Of a stretch of 64,000 nt of DNA, positions 30,893-44,431 are shown piece after piece (position 1 is the stretch's first letter; each line of letters begins with the position of its first letter). The position numbers and the translations under genes were made by a program. The notes under the pieces are model-generated. The model was given only the letters and a program-made list of their open reading frames with translations. It did not search any database and was not told where the DNA came from. Source of the DNA: Chrysomallon squamiferum (Eukaryota > Animalia > Mollusca). The DNA is taken from assembly GCA_012295275.1 (NCBI GenBank), contig CM022673.1:6138001-6202000 (forward strand), read 5' to 3'.

Positions 30893-31748
30893 CGCACTGA
30901 CATGACACTGTAAAAAGCGATCATTGGGATTATTATATCGACGACGACCACATTGTTGACAACATCAATGCCAGTGATATCCACCATGTCGGTTGTGTCT
31001 ATCACTTCGACCGCGGCCGTCAACGTCTTTGGTTAATCAGCTTCCACGAGCTTGCATAATTTATGTTAATTTAATAACCTTGGTTACATGACGTTATATT
31101 ACGTCACGTGAAAAGATTAATGTTGCATCAGTACGCGTCTTAATCTATTATCAATGACGTAATCATCTCGTTGGACAGAAAAAATGTGATTAAGAACAAT
31201 CGGAAAATCAGTAGCGTGTTTTTATTTTATCACTTGACTAAGAATTAATTGCAAACTGAATATTTATGTCTTTAAACATATTGGAAATCTATATACATAA
31301 CTCACTTCTCTTATGCAAGTTATGGTGATCTCTAGGTTGGCTGTTTAATAGTTGGATATGCAAAGTATTTTTTCATCTTCATTTCCAATAATGTTGCATA
31401 TACTGCTGCCATACCATGATCTCAGATTAATAGCGATAGTTATATTTTATAACTTTTATTTACTCATTAGAATTCGTTTCTAAATTATTCTAAAATCTTA
31501 GTTATATGGACCAAAGGCCAAGTAGAGCTGTTTTTAAGCTTGTAAATAAATAGTAATAATAAAAAAAAAAAATATTTTGACACATAATCGACAAACATAC
31601 TGATAAAAAACTGTTATTGTTTATTTTTTTATTTGTGTGTGTGACGAATTAATGGACACAGTATTTTCAGTTTCTGGTGTAAAGATCTTATGTTACTTAC
31701 ACTGTATGTGTCTTTTAAAAAAAATTGAACTGTAGAGACGGGGGGAGG

Positions 31749-31750
<2 letters not shown>

Positions 31751-31833
<83 letters not shown>
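31751..31833. repeat. (GA)n microsatellite
   Basis: Near-perfect dinucleotide run. Confidence 0.95.
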
Positions 31834-33977
31834 AATAATAATGAGTATGAAAAATAGAGAAGAAGAGTTTAACCAGGCGCACTGTAATCCTCTGATTTCC
31901 ATTACGGTTAATACAGAAAAGAACGGATCTTCGAACACCATAGAAACTATATAAAAAAAAAAAATAAAAATAAATTATATATATACACATTTATCCATTT
32001 AAGAGATAAAATGTTCATTGATCAATGAAAAAATTATTCTAAGGGTTATGCAATAATAAAAAGACAGGGAATCGACAGTGAATAATCATTGAAAATACTG
32101 ACTGAAACGTCTAAGAGTTGTTGAAAACGTTTCTGTTGTTTCTTCCGTGTGTGTGTTTGTTTTTGTCGATATCATTTTGCTCCAGATAAATTGATATCAC
32201 CTGTGTAAATTCAACATAGACAAAACTGATCTTGTATCGATAAACGTATGTTTGTTTTTGAATGAAGTCAATATTATTGTTAACGTTTTTTTGCGACTTG
32301 TATACTGTCCAGCTGCTTGATTTATTTTTTCTGTAGTTTAGATAACGTAGCAACGGTAACTTGTATTTATTGTTCTTACCTCGACAGCAGATCAATGGAC
32401 TGATGTGGCTTTCGTTGCCATTTCTAATTTACATTTCAGCAGAAATTATATACAACACTGGTACATGCAGTTTGGAGAATACGGTGAATCTAGATTCATA
32501 GCAGTGACAATAAAAATGACAGCACAAAAATATCTGTTTAAGTGTCTGTCTCATTATTTATCTTTCTCTCTGTCTACTCTTTGTCCGCCTGACTACATAT
32601 CTCACTGATCTATCTGTCTGTATGTCTGTCTGTCTATCTCTCTCTTTCTCTCTGTATATCTATCGTTTATTCATTCGCTTGTCCTTTCTTTCTACTTACT
32701 TATTAATTATATCATTTTTACCGATTACGGTGTTAAAGAAAACCTGTGATATATTTTAATATTAATAACAGTCATTATTATCCATTCATCGATAATCACG
32801 TGCTCTTGGGGGACACTTATTATTATTATTATTATTATTATTTGGTTGTTTTTTTCGCGGGTGAGGTTTGTTCTTTTTTTTGTTCCTTTTTTTTTTCTCT
32901 CTCTCTAAATAACAATATCTGTACTATTACTATGTAATGACAGAATTACGGTTGTGCAATCATTCAACAACAGAGTCTGGCGGATAAGACCTCAAAATGA
33001 CTGTCTGCACGAAAGAAAATAATTTTTAATTCTGACATACCAGATTTGTATGTCTGTCTCTGTTTGTCTGTACATGTGTTAGTCTGTGTGAGTATGTATG
33101 TATGTATGTATGTATGTATGTATGTATGTATGTATGTATGTGTTGGTGTGTGTTTATGTATCTGTGTATGTTTGTGTGTATGTGTGTGTGTACATATGTA
33201 TATATATATGAACGTACGTACATTTGTGTGCATGTATGTATGCATGTAAATATGTACGCATATATGTAAATAAATACAATAATAATATAAAAAAATAAAC
33301 AAACAAATATGTAAAAAAAAACAAAAAAAACAGTATTTTTGTAAATTGTGTAATGATCACATTGATTTTCGTCAAACACATATAAATATCTATTTACAAT
33401 AACAAATTCTATCAGACAAAGTTGGTTTCTTCGAATCGGCTAAGTGTGAACCGCGTCTTAAAGTGTTTAAGAAGTATAAACAATATTGTCAGCGTTTGAC
33501 TAAACCTGACCACCTGTTTATTATTCTTGGCACAGACTTCTAAATCCTAAATAAGATTATCCTCCGAGATATGCAATTTGCAAAATCGATGTAAAGGTTA
33601 AAGGGTATAATTACTTTAACAGAATAAACAAAGTTTTGCTGTCTTTTTTTTTCCGTTTTTTTTTTTCTTGACGTTTGTAATGTGAGGACGAATGTGATAT
33701 TAATAAATAATAAAACATTTAACAGTAAATGAGAAACAAAAAGGTAATGAATAAATAAATAAATGTGAAATAAACAATAAACAAATGCACTTTTATGAAA
33801 TGGAGACAAATATATATTACAAGAGCTGGTTTTAGTAAGCATAAGAGTTATTAACGGAGTAAGAAGTCAATAAATTAAACCATTTAACAAAATAATAAGT
33901 ATAATAGTTTAAAATGCAAAAAATGAAGTATGCATAATTAAGCAAGTTAAGTTTTAATTCAGGGATGGTTTAATCTG

Positions 33978-33992
33978 AATAGTAATAGTAGT

Positions 33993-34034
<42 letters not shown>

Positions 34035-34039
34035 AATAA

Positions 34040-34070
<31 letters not shown>

Positions 34071-34090
34071 AAGAAGAAGAAGAAGAAGAT
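33978..34090. repeat. Compound (AAC)n(AAT)n(AAG)n microsatellite
   Basis: Directly visible. Confidence 0.92.
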
Positions 34091-36472
34091 GAAAAAGAAA
34101 AAAGATTTCTATACAAAACTCATTACCCGATATCTCTGTCAGAAACAAACGAATATCAGACAGTACTGTCATTTCTATGTCAGAAAGTTAATACTGTCAT
34201 AAATTTTTGGACAAAATAACCAGCTGTCAGTATGTTCGACAGGCAGTTTTGTCATCGTGTTCGGCGATTTTATCAATAATCTGGCTGTACGATTCCGCTG
34301 CGGACAGATAATTGTGTAATGAGTGGGCTGTCCTAATGGCTCTGTTAACGAGGCATGTTAATTATTGATGTTGAATCAACGATTCTATCATCAGTGTAAT
34401 CATTCCCCACGATTTTGACTAAAATGCTGATCAGACAGTTCCATCGTCGACACTGGCAATTTTGTCATCGACATGCCAATCCAACAGTTCTGCCATCAGA
34501 ATGGTCATTGTTCACAATTTTGTTGTGAATGTTAATCAGATGTTTCTATAAGCACGGATGATCCCTTTTACGTTGGCTCTATGGTTTTTTGTGTTTGTTG
34601 TTGGGGATTTTTTTTTTTTTTTTTTATATGATTTCAATTTTTTTGAAATATGATTTCAATTTAAATTTGTTGTATATGAGTACTTCTAATTCATTTCAGA
34701 TAATTTATTATATATATAAAAAGTATCAAATTATTATTTTTTTCTTACCAAATTGTGACGTGCTAGAAATATTTTGTTTAATAAACCAGTACACTGATGA
34801 AACAAGTAAAATATGGTGCTAAATATTTGCCTATTTTTTTAATTTTTGGCATTTAATATTTTCATAGATTGCTTTGGAAATTATAATTGAAAATCCATAC
34901 TATGTTTACAATTAAGAGTACAAATGATTTCATTCCATTCTTTCAAAGGTATCAGCAAAGTGACATTTTGCCTTCAGTATATGTTTAACATGAACTTTAT
35001 TTTGGAAATTATGATAATCCTGCATTAGTTAATGAATAATGTTTGATGTTTATTGGAAACAGTATGCATACGAAATTCTGCTATTCTGCAATCACATCTC
35101 TTATATCATTATTTATCACTAAAATATAAAGAATTAAGAGGAACTAAAATAAGATTCATTAAAGCCATTCTTTATTAAAATAAATACAATCCATGCACAC
35201 TTTGCATGAAATGACAGCAGTAACAGAAAATGTTAAACATGCAGGTCTATTAACTAAATGTAACAACTGTGCAAATCATGCATTCTATGCATAAATCAAT
35301 GACACTTTTGCACAAGCATAAAACAAACAGTGTTTGCCCATGACAAGAAATACAACAAATATGCAAATTTTGCACAAACAGCAAATTCTAAAACTGAACA
35401 AACTACAAAAAAGTCTGTGCACATTTTGCACATGGCAGTTGATAATTAAACGTAATCTTTATACAATTGTTTTCATGATAAATAATCGATATTTAAACGT
35501 ACACACATGCATTCACACAAAATAATTCAATAATGAGAAAATGTAGTACAGAAACTATATAACATACATAAAACAAGGATGTTTTAAAAATAAATGAATT
35601 AAAATAAAATAAGATTAAAATAAAATCTCTCAGTAAACCTGATTAAAATGTTTGATATTCAGTTCTAACCTACACTGTTATAAATTTAACATATGCAAAA
35701 CATGACTTAAGTCAGTTAAAATTTGTTTTGTTTCTTATTCGTGAAACTGTGTCAGGATAACCCAAAACAATTGAAAACACAGCCAAGAATTCCCCAAACT
35801 TCTAGAACCTTTTGGGATTATATTTATTTTTATTTTGTTTTTTAAAAATCAGTATATTTGTAAATATTCTATATAAAACTAATTATCAAAAAAAAATATG
35901 TGAAATCTTCAAATAATTATATATATTTTGGATAATTATGAATAATAATATTTAATGTGAAATATAACATTAACAACGCCAGAAAGTGACTACTCAGTCT
36001 GGTTAGTATTTTTGTTCATCATTCATAATAGTTATTCCTCCTAACATAAAAATAAACACATTTTTGAATAAATCACAGCCTAAATAACAAATATCACACT
36101 GAATTTGAAAATGCTACATCCTGAAATGTATGTTCATACATTCAATGAAAACTCTCTACAGAAATGGTTTTGTTCAGATAAGTAAGGGAAAAACATAATT
36201 GTTTTATCATACAAAAATTATTATTTTTAGATGCTTTAATTTTTTTTCTTCAGATAAACACAAATGAATGAGAATTTCTTCATATTACACTTAAATACAC
36301 AGCAGAATTTTCCAAAAAAAAAAAAAAAAAAATGAAAAAATAATAATAATGATAATGGAAATAAAATGTATCTTTTTTTCATGAAAAAGAGGAAATAAAA
36401 TAAAAAAAAAGAACACACATTCACCGATTTAAACAAGCACTCTGTAAATAAATAACAAGATATAACACGCTG

Positions 36473-38031
36473 TTACAACTGAGTAACTTTTCTAAACAAT
36501 GTCTTTGATCTTCTTGTCCGTGTCAGTATTATTGGGGATGGTACATCTCCAACAAAGGGGTAAAGATGATTGTTAGGTTTCTGAAAAACAAACAAATAAA
36601 TAATTTGAGTATTGAATACGTTATGAATTATCGTATACAAAATATAATTATGTATAATGTAAAAATATAATTATAATGTTTACAATTTTATAAAACGAGG
36701 AATCAGAATGAGCAGTCAAGAGATTAATAAATGACTATTTGCTTCGATGTCACCAAATACATTATTTTGTATTAAAGTCAGTTAAAAGATTATCATGAAT
36801 TAAATAAATGTGCAAAAAAAGGGAACAATAAAAAAAAAAAAAACACAACTATTATGAGTATTAATTACTTTCACAGATTATATAATTATTTGCTTTCAAG
36901 GACTGCACAAAACTGTGGTGTAGTCCACTGATAATGCATGGGTTAGAACATGTAAAGTATCATCTTAAATTTATTTGTCTTTTAATTTTCTTTCTTTTTA
37001 TTATTATTATTTCAATTTTTTTCTTTGACAAGGAAATAATGAAGTTTTTTACAAGGGTCAAACACATATACTAAGATATATAAAATATAAATGCTACAAA
37101 AAGATAACATAACAGAGTTTTTCTTTTTACAGTGGATTATATAATCATGTTTAATGGCTTCAACTGTGGTGATTTCTAAATCATTAACAAGCAAAGTGTA
37201 CTAACCTGCTGCAAAATGGGTTTGGGTTGAGGAGGACTAGACACAGGACTAAAAACAGCATCGTCCTCGATGACTGTGTCAGACCAGCTCACCTTTGACG
37301 CCTCTTTTGGTGCTGAAGAAAAAACATTTAAATTCATTTATAAATTACGTTTGATATGTCGGCACACCCTAATCTGTAAAGTCAGTACAGCTTTGAGAAC
37401 CTTTTAAAATATCTCATGTGATCATTAATAATAAGAAATAAGATTTATGATATATTAGTAGTTAAAGCTGAAAGATGTTACATATGTATATATTTAATGT
37501 TTTAATCTTTCTTTCTCTTTTTTTCCTTTCATTTTTTAAATCCAAAGTTATTTTTATCAATATGTGATTGAAATTCATAGTCATTTCTTAATCTTTTTGT
37601 AATATAGTAATGAACTACATTTCATACTTGGCCATGCCTTATATTTCATTATCATGAATGTGTTACAAATTATACTTTTCTACATTATACTTCCAATAGC
37701 ATGTGCCAGAAGGTGTTTTAGTGGAAACAAAAAAAAAAAAAAAAAAAACATATTGAACCCAAAATTGAAGATATTTAACGTAACAAAATAAATTTACAGA
37801 ATCCAACCAAAATACTTTTAAATCAATAGAGAATTAAGACTTTAATGAATCCAGTCATTTCAAACCAACAGAGAATGTTACACTTACGAGGGTAATGTTT
37901 GATAATCATGGGTGACTCTGAAAAGTTGAGATAACGAACAATTCTCTGTCCATTACACATTGTGTGAAGTTGAGTAATCCTCTCAACATGTTCATCACAC
38001 TGAAAATAAATTAATATATTAATAATAATAA

Positions 38032-38085
<54 letters not shown>

Positions 38086-41000
38086 TAACATAAAATAATA
38101 GTAAAGTGTACAAAATTTCTTTAGGCTATTGTTAGCTACAAAATTGATATATTTAAATTTTAATGTTTAAATTTCATGCATTTATTAATAAATCCCTACT
38201 GATGACACATTTCTAAGAATAATTTTATATTTATTTTTGCTCTTCTTTTCATAAGAACCAAATTTTATTAATATAAAAATGTTTTTAATTAAATACTTCA
38301 TTTTAATTTTACACTGATAACTATATTTTAAATAATTACCTTTGACTTTTTCCCACCAACAGGAGACAAAGATGTAAAACCATCAGGCTTTCTCCACCTC
38401 TGTGGAGCCTTCTTCTTGTACTGGGTGACATCAGGGGCATCAATCTCTCCGTCATTCATGTGCACTTTGAGACATACAGACGCATCTAAACCACTCATGT
38501 CTGTAGGCAGATTTGCATTTTTCAGTGGTCGAGGTGTCTGAAAATGAAAAAAAAACAATTTAAAACAATAACAAAAATTTAACGGTTATTACACTAAACT
38601 AGGTTTTCTCAAACATTTCAATCTTTATTATAAACAAATAAAAATCCCTGCATAATTTTGCCATTTTTAAAAATTCCGCTATCACAGAAAAAATGACTTT
38701 AATATTAAGTCTGATAACAAAATGTTTATAAATTTAGAAATAATTTATTTTACTACTAAATTTACCATTGCAACAGGCCAGTCATTCTCAAATTCCATTT
38801 CAACAGTTTCAGAATCTGCATACACTGTGTGAACTCCCATTCTATCACTATGTTCAACACACACTATTTTCCTTATAAACAAATCCAAAAGAAACAAGTC
38901 TTCTAGAACTGGAGAAACAGCAGACAACCTTCTCCCAAACAAACTTTAGCTTGAAGTACTCTTGGTTACAAATAATTCTGTTTTTAACTTGGATTTCATC
39001 CTCCCCAATTAATAAACAGAAGATTGTCTGAACTTAGATAAATGTTTGATGTTGACAATTAGATGGAAAATTAAACACAAATATTAATTTAATCTTCTCG
39101 TTATGTCTTTAATTAACAAAATTAGTCAATGCTTTTAAAACATTTTATTATTAACTCCTTTCATTTGAGCTTTTATCCTTCCCCTATCATTAACTGTGAA
39201 AAGACACTAATAATAAATCTTCTTGCAAATGAACTATGTGAAAAAATGCCTAGCAAATTAATATGTGAAATACCTCAATAACTTTGATGAAATTAATGCT
39301 TACACCTTCCTGAGAATAAAATTAAACAAAGTGTCTCAATATAACTGTGAAGCTAATTATGAGGAGTTTAAAATACAGAGTTAATCTGGTTCACAAAAGC
39401 TTGACCCGTTAAGGATTAAATGGTTAATCTGAATGACTTTATTTACAGAAAGAATTAAGACCTCATTATAACACTCTGGTCCTTTGTTCCCACAAACAAT
39501 GAAAAAAAATATACTTTACATTCCATAAATGTTGATGTTTAGTTTTCTTATTTCTAACATTAAACATCAGCTTAACTTTAAACAAAAAAAATAAAATAAA
39601 CATTATAAAAATAAAAACTAATGACTCTAAACTGTGAATATTTAATTCATCCAGAAAATAGTTGGATATAAGTAAGAAAATAATTAAAATGAATTTCTAA
39701 ATACATCTGCCCTCAACAAAAAAAATATAGTAAAATTAATCTAAAAAAAACACTTCTGCCAATCATTATATTATTACTTACTTTTGGATAACTGTTTTTC
39801 TTTTTACTTTTAGTTGGCACATTCTCCTTATCAACCTTCATTTTTGATGACTTTTTCCTTTTTGGAACTGTAAAGAAAAAACAGATATTAATATCTGAAA
39901 CCAGTTAGAGTGAAAAAATATATTGATTAAATATTAATAAAAATAAAAAAAAAAAAAAATACACCCATTTCTTTCATATGGCTTATTAGTGTTACTCTAA
40001 GAACAAAAACATTAACATATTTTGAAGTTTGTAAAGATATAATAAAATGTTAATTCTAAATGAAGACTTCCAACTTTCATTTGATCATAATTATTTCAAC
40101 AATATTTGTTTAATGACTTACACAGAAATGAATTTAAGGATAAAATGATTTCTGAACACAAAGAATAAAAATTAATGATAATAAAAAAAATAATAAATAA
40201 AAAACCAATATAAGAAGCATTTAAAACAAACAAACAAACAAACAAAAACCCAGAAAGGAAATGATTAGAAAACATTCAGTGAACAACTAACTAAAATATC
40301 TTGATGTGAAAACAACAAAAAACCAAACAAAATGCATATGGAAAAAAAAAAAAAAAAGAAGAAAGAATGAAAACAAGAACAAAAATTACTGAAATGGTGA
40401 AGATGAAACAAACAAAAATGAACAAATTAAATGGAAAATCCAAACAAACCAAACAAGAGTGACCATCATGCAACATGCAGAAACACTTCAAAATCACAAT
40501 ACCTAGTTTATCTCTGAAGTGTCTAAGCTTTTCCTGAAATGATCTCTGTCTAACTAACTTGCCTTTCGTGCCTGTCTCAGTACTTGGAATAATGGAGCTG
40601 GTTTCCAAAGGGCTCAGCCTTTCCTTGGATCCATCTACTGTAACAAGCAAGGAAGGGTTACGATCAAAAGAATCTGAAATACTGTAGTCCAGCAACGATG
40701 AAGATGAATCAGAATCAGAACTACTGCTGTAGTTGTAGCTGTCTGACAGTTCTGAACTACTGCTGTCCGAATCAAAATAATCAGTCTCTGTCCATGACAA
40801 TCGACTGGTTTCAGCTACATATTTTCTTTTTGTTTTTGATCGACGATGCCTCACTTTTCCAGAAGGTTCAGGATCATTGTTGACAAGGTCTAAAGCACTG
40901 ACACTTTTAACTGGTGACACTTGGTGTTTGTCACATGGTTCTGATGGTGCATCATCTATGAAAGGTATGTCTCTGTATGGCAGTTCTCGAAAAGATTTTT

Positions 41001-43047
41001 CTTTTGTGTCTTTTTGATGGGAACATGGCAAGTGATGAAGTGATTTATGTAATGGTTCATGCAACAACCTTTCTTCTGTTTCTTGCTTGGGTCGAAATTC
41101 AATTTGGTTTATGCCTGGCAATTCATGAAAAGATTTATGTAACAAATTTTGGTTTGTGCATGGCAATTCATGAAAAGATTTATGTAATGAATTTTGGTTT
41201 ATGCCTGGCAATCCATGAAAAGATTTGTGTAACAAATTTTGGTTTGTGCATGGCAATTCATGAAAAGATTTATGGAACATATTTTCATTTGTGTCCATTT
41301 TGGTTTCATCAGTTTGATTAGTAACAAAGGACTGAGTTCTGGAAAACACTTCATTTGTTATATCTGATGTTGTAGTGTTGACAGGGTTTCTCTGATGATG
41401 CCTGCCACTGCTGTCTGAGGAGGAAACCTGCAATCCAGTATGTGTGGTTGTGGAACAGTGTGACAGTACAGAATCAGGTGAACTATCCAGATTCATTTGA
41501 GACAATTCCCTGCTCTTCACATAAAGTAACTGCTGGCCTGCCAAAGTGCTTGGGAGAGAAAGAACATTCTCTGAGACAGATTTAGAAGGGGGACTTGTTA
41601 TAACAGCACCTTTTTCACTAAATGTGTTTTCACGTCCAGAACTTTCATTGATATCACATGATGTATTCCTACCAGAAAAATGATAATTTTTTGACAAAGT
41701 GGATGCAGATGATTCTGTAAGTCTCTCATTAAGCTGTGAGATTGACTTGGTAAGCTCATTAATTGTGTCTCTAAATCCAGTGACCATGTCTTCAATGCAG
41801 GCTATGCTGTGCCGATTGTCTGAAGATGACTTGTGCAAGGCTGATGTATCTTTTTGCCATGAGCCACTGAATCCTGAAATGTCATTTTCAGATGTGTAAC
41901 AGCTTGATGAACTCAGATCCATCTCTTGTGAAAAGCTGTTCATACTGTTATCGTCAACAGTTTTTTTCCTAAGACTTCGCCTAATTGCTTGCTGAGATGA
42001 CACTCTCTGAAATGCACTAGCTGAACTTAGGATCAGCTTCGAAGATGGCACAGATTGTTTTGTGTCAGCTCTTTTGAGAGCATCAATCATCTTGTATTTG
42101 GCTATTGGACTTACCAGCAGATGTGGGCTGGAGAAGTCCAAGGTTGGAACTGCAGATATTCTTGGAGTGCTAACTGCTGTGTGATTGATTGTCACTGGTT
42201 TTATTGAATTAAGACTCTCAGACATAGTTTTAGACTCATCTTGAACACTGTTTTCACTGTCCATGCCGGATTCAGAACAAACTGAAAATGTCAATGATCG
42301 TCTTGTCTGTTTCGTTAACAAGTCTGTCTGAACCTGTGATTCTTTAACTCTGTATTTTCCTGAATCATCCTTAATACTGTCTTTGGCACGATGATTAACA
42401 ATTTCTCTGGTAACATCAAAAGATGAGCCAACCAAATCAGTTTTATCACATTTCAAAGGAACACACACTGTATCCCTTTCTAACTCAATACTGACTGCTG
42501 TCTTTTTACCACATGCTTTGAGAGACATTGGGGTCGATCTCACTGAACAATCAACAGTTCCACACTCCACACCACTGTCCCACAGTCTTGAGTCACACTC
42601 TCTTGGCATGGGTGAATATTCCTTATTTACTGTAAGATTCAGTGGCATTGTGCACTTTGGAGACTGTACTTTGTTAACTTGGTAATCCATACAGATCCTT
42701 GAATTCACCAAAATGTCAACAATTGGACTCTTTTCAGGATCCATTGGACTATTGTTAGGAGCAGGTGGACTTTTTTCTGGTATGACCTTCAGAGGTGGTG
42801 AGGTCATGATATTAAACCCTACCAATGATGGAGGTGATGACATGCTCTCATATCCTGCCACCATTGGTTCTTCTTCCTTTTCCATAATCTTCACGTTGTT
42901 CTCTATAACTGATTTCTCAATTCCTATGCTGGGAACATAAAGATCTGTCTTCCTTCTTGCATATTTGTTAGCCATTTGAAGCTCACGTTCAGAAATCTCT
43001 CCAAAGAAAACTTCTTCATCATCATTGCAAGCTTCACCAGTAAACAT
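36473..43047 (-). CDS. Uncharacterised ~1050 aa serine-rich, probably largely disordered protein with cell-cycle-type short linear motifs
   Basis: Large exon 43047(ATG)-40503 (donor cta g|gtattg), then phase-consistent GT-AG exons 39867-39782 (PKRKK...DKENVP), 38537-38340, 37999-37888, 37312-37206 (KVSWSD...KPILQ) and 36580-36473 (stop TAA). Total is 3156 nt. No globular domain recognised. The N-terminal DDEEVFFG resembles the EDDEVFFG motif of GTSE1/PSRC1 (recalled, not searched). Confidence 0.85.
41104..41277 (-). repeat. Coding 45-nt tandem repeat (about 4 copies, arranged as a 90-nt dimer)
   Basis: Encodes HKSFHELPCTNQNLL / HKSFHGLPGINQNSL / HKSFHELPCTNQNLL / HKSFHELPGINQ. The nucleotide repeats are directly visible. 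Confidence 0.92.
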
Positions 43048-44431
43048 TTTAATCTGATGCTTAAATCTGAAAATGTAAATAAAATAAATATATGTATGTT
43101 TCTTTCTGTTTATATCCCTTTTCTGTCAAGACAAAACTGAAAACAGTGCATTGAGATTAATGTAAAATAATATACAGTTGTAGTTGTATTGACTATTGTT
43201 TTAACACTTACACATATTTTGACAAATAACTACAATCAACTGTAAAATATTTTAACTACAACATGGTTTCTGATTTTTAAATGGCATATTATTATTTGAT
43301 ATGAATATCTGAAAGAAGTTAATTTTACTGCACCTCTTGTTTTTAAGATTTCACAAACATAAAAAGATATTTAAAATAAAATGTTTCTGAATAGTGAGTA
43401 ATTCTATTTTAGACAAATATTTATCTCAAGAGGGCTTATTATAATAAAACAACAATATTTGTAATACAGATATTATTGGTCAATTCACTGAATGATTTTA
43501 ACCTAACTCAGGTTTTGAAAAAAAAAAAAAAAAATTAAAAAAAATAATAACAATAATAAATTGGTGTACAAGTTTGTTTTTTTTTTTTTTTGTCTCAAAT
43601 GCAAAAATATCAAATAATACCTTTATTGTACTGATGTCTTTTAATTATTTAGTATCTAAGACGCTAGTGATCAATCTTCAATATGTTATAAGACATTTCT
43701 AAAAGTACTGGTCAGATAAAGGTAAAATTTGACATTTAGGGTTTGACATAAAACTAATTTGTAAGTTGAATACCAATTTTAACCGAAATCTTAATCGACT
43801 GGGTTACAACTTTCCATTTTATGACAGAGACACTGAATTCAGTATTAATTAAATTAATCAATAATCGTAATCACTAAATCAATTATATTCTCATAATAAC
43901 GCTAACAAATGTTATCAATTTAATATTTCAGAACTTCAATCTGTTATGATATACATAAAACAAATGATATTACAATTACAGCAGATTATAATTTTATTTA
44001 AAACAAGACTGCTAGTGTTATCACTGATACACAAATCTGGAGTTGTATTTTACGGAAGACAATGGAAATGGATTATTTTTACGAACATCATTAAAACATT
44101 TCTATAAATTGATATATGACATCATTTAAATAAAATCTAATTAAGATATTAAATTACTTGGACATGAAACACCTTAATAAATAAACTTTTATAAAGATGA
44201 AAATACAATCAGTAAACTGAATGTCTTCTTTTGGAAAAGAAACGAACGGGGAACCTGCAGACTGCTCGATAAACAGTTTTTCAGTTATAAAAAGGAATAT
44301 ATTTACATTAATTTGACGAAACAGTTTATACAGTATGTGTAACAAAATAATAATATATACAGCCATTAAATATACCGTAAAAGAAGCAAATAAAAGTGAT
44401 AATAACCATAAATTATACGTAAATAACATAC

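Noticed and set aside
40291-40502. Hydrophobic C-terminal tail of the 918 aa ORF, which looks like a transmembrane segment
   Set aside because: This is read-through into a T-rich intron after the donor at 40503/40502. The downstream exons continue in phase.
41104-41277. CRISPR-like array
   Set aside because: The units are contiguous in-frame coding repeats with no unique spacers, in a eukaryotic gene.
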